A stretch of DNA of 64,000 nt from Octopus vulgaris (lineage: Eukaryota). This document shows, piece after piece, positions 63,851 through 64,000 of the stretch. The position numbers were made by a program, and so were the translations under genes. Position 1 is the first letter of the stretch; each line of letters begins with the position of its first letter. The stretch covers positions 21,142,001 through 21,206,000 of the forward strand of contig OX597841.1 in NCBI GenBank assembly GCA_951406725.2, read 5' to 3'. Below the pieces are notes generated by a model. The model made no database searches and was not told the origin of the DNA. It worked only from the letters and a program-made list of their open reading frames with translations.

Positions 63851-64000
63851 TAGATTACAGTCTAGCTGTAGCTTGCATACTGTATATAGCTGCCAAACTG
63901 AGGAGACAGTAAGTGTTGTTGAGAAACTTAGTAGTTATGACTGATTTGTGTGTTGCTGCTGGGTAACACGCGATGTATATTTAAGATTGCAATTTTGACT

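Overview
AT-rich, microsatellite-saturated animal genomic DNA. The SINE, RTE, Helitron and (TA)n content matches what I recognise from Octopus genomes (inference from repeat content). Almost all ORFs in the supplied track are microsatellite or repeat artefacts. Reading splice signals by eye reveals the 3' part of a + strand multi-exon gene of unrecognised identity. Its phase-compatible exons are at ~1-52, 21354-21468, 24972-25093, 29827-29934, 39062-39169 and a terminal exon at 52531-52779. It has a duplicated 108-nt exon pair and two candidate alternative last exons (8554, 44593). The introns hold at least five SINE families (nested, multimerised, one 9-unit array), RTE/CR1 LINE ends, mariner relics, piggyBac-type MITEs, non-autonomous Helitrons and several satellites. 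The most striking pattern is about 20 short, ORF-less elements sitting mostly in (TA)n tracts. Most have an inverted arm-spacer-arm-tail (foldback) architecture, and many carry minimal type I hammerhead ribozyme motifs (four with intact cores). This is consistent with diverse Penelope-like retroelement termini or retrozyme-like elements.
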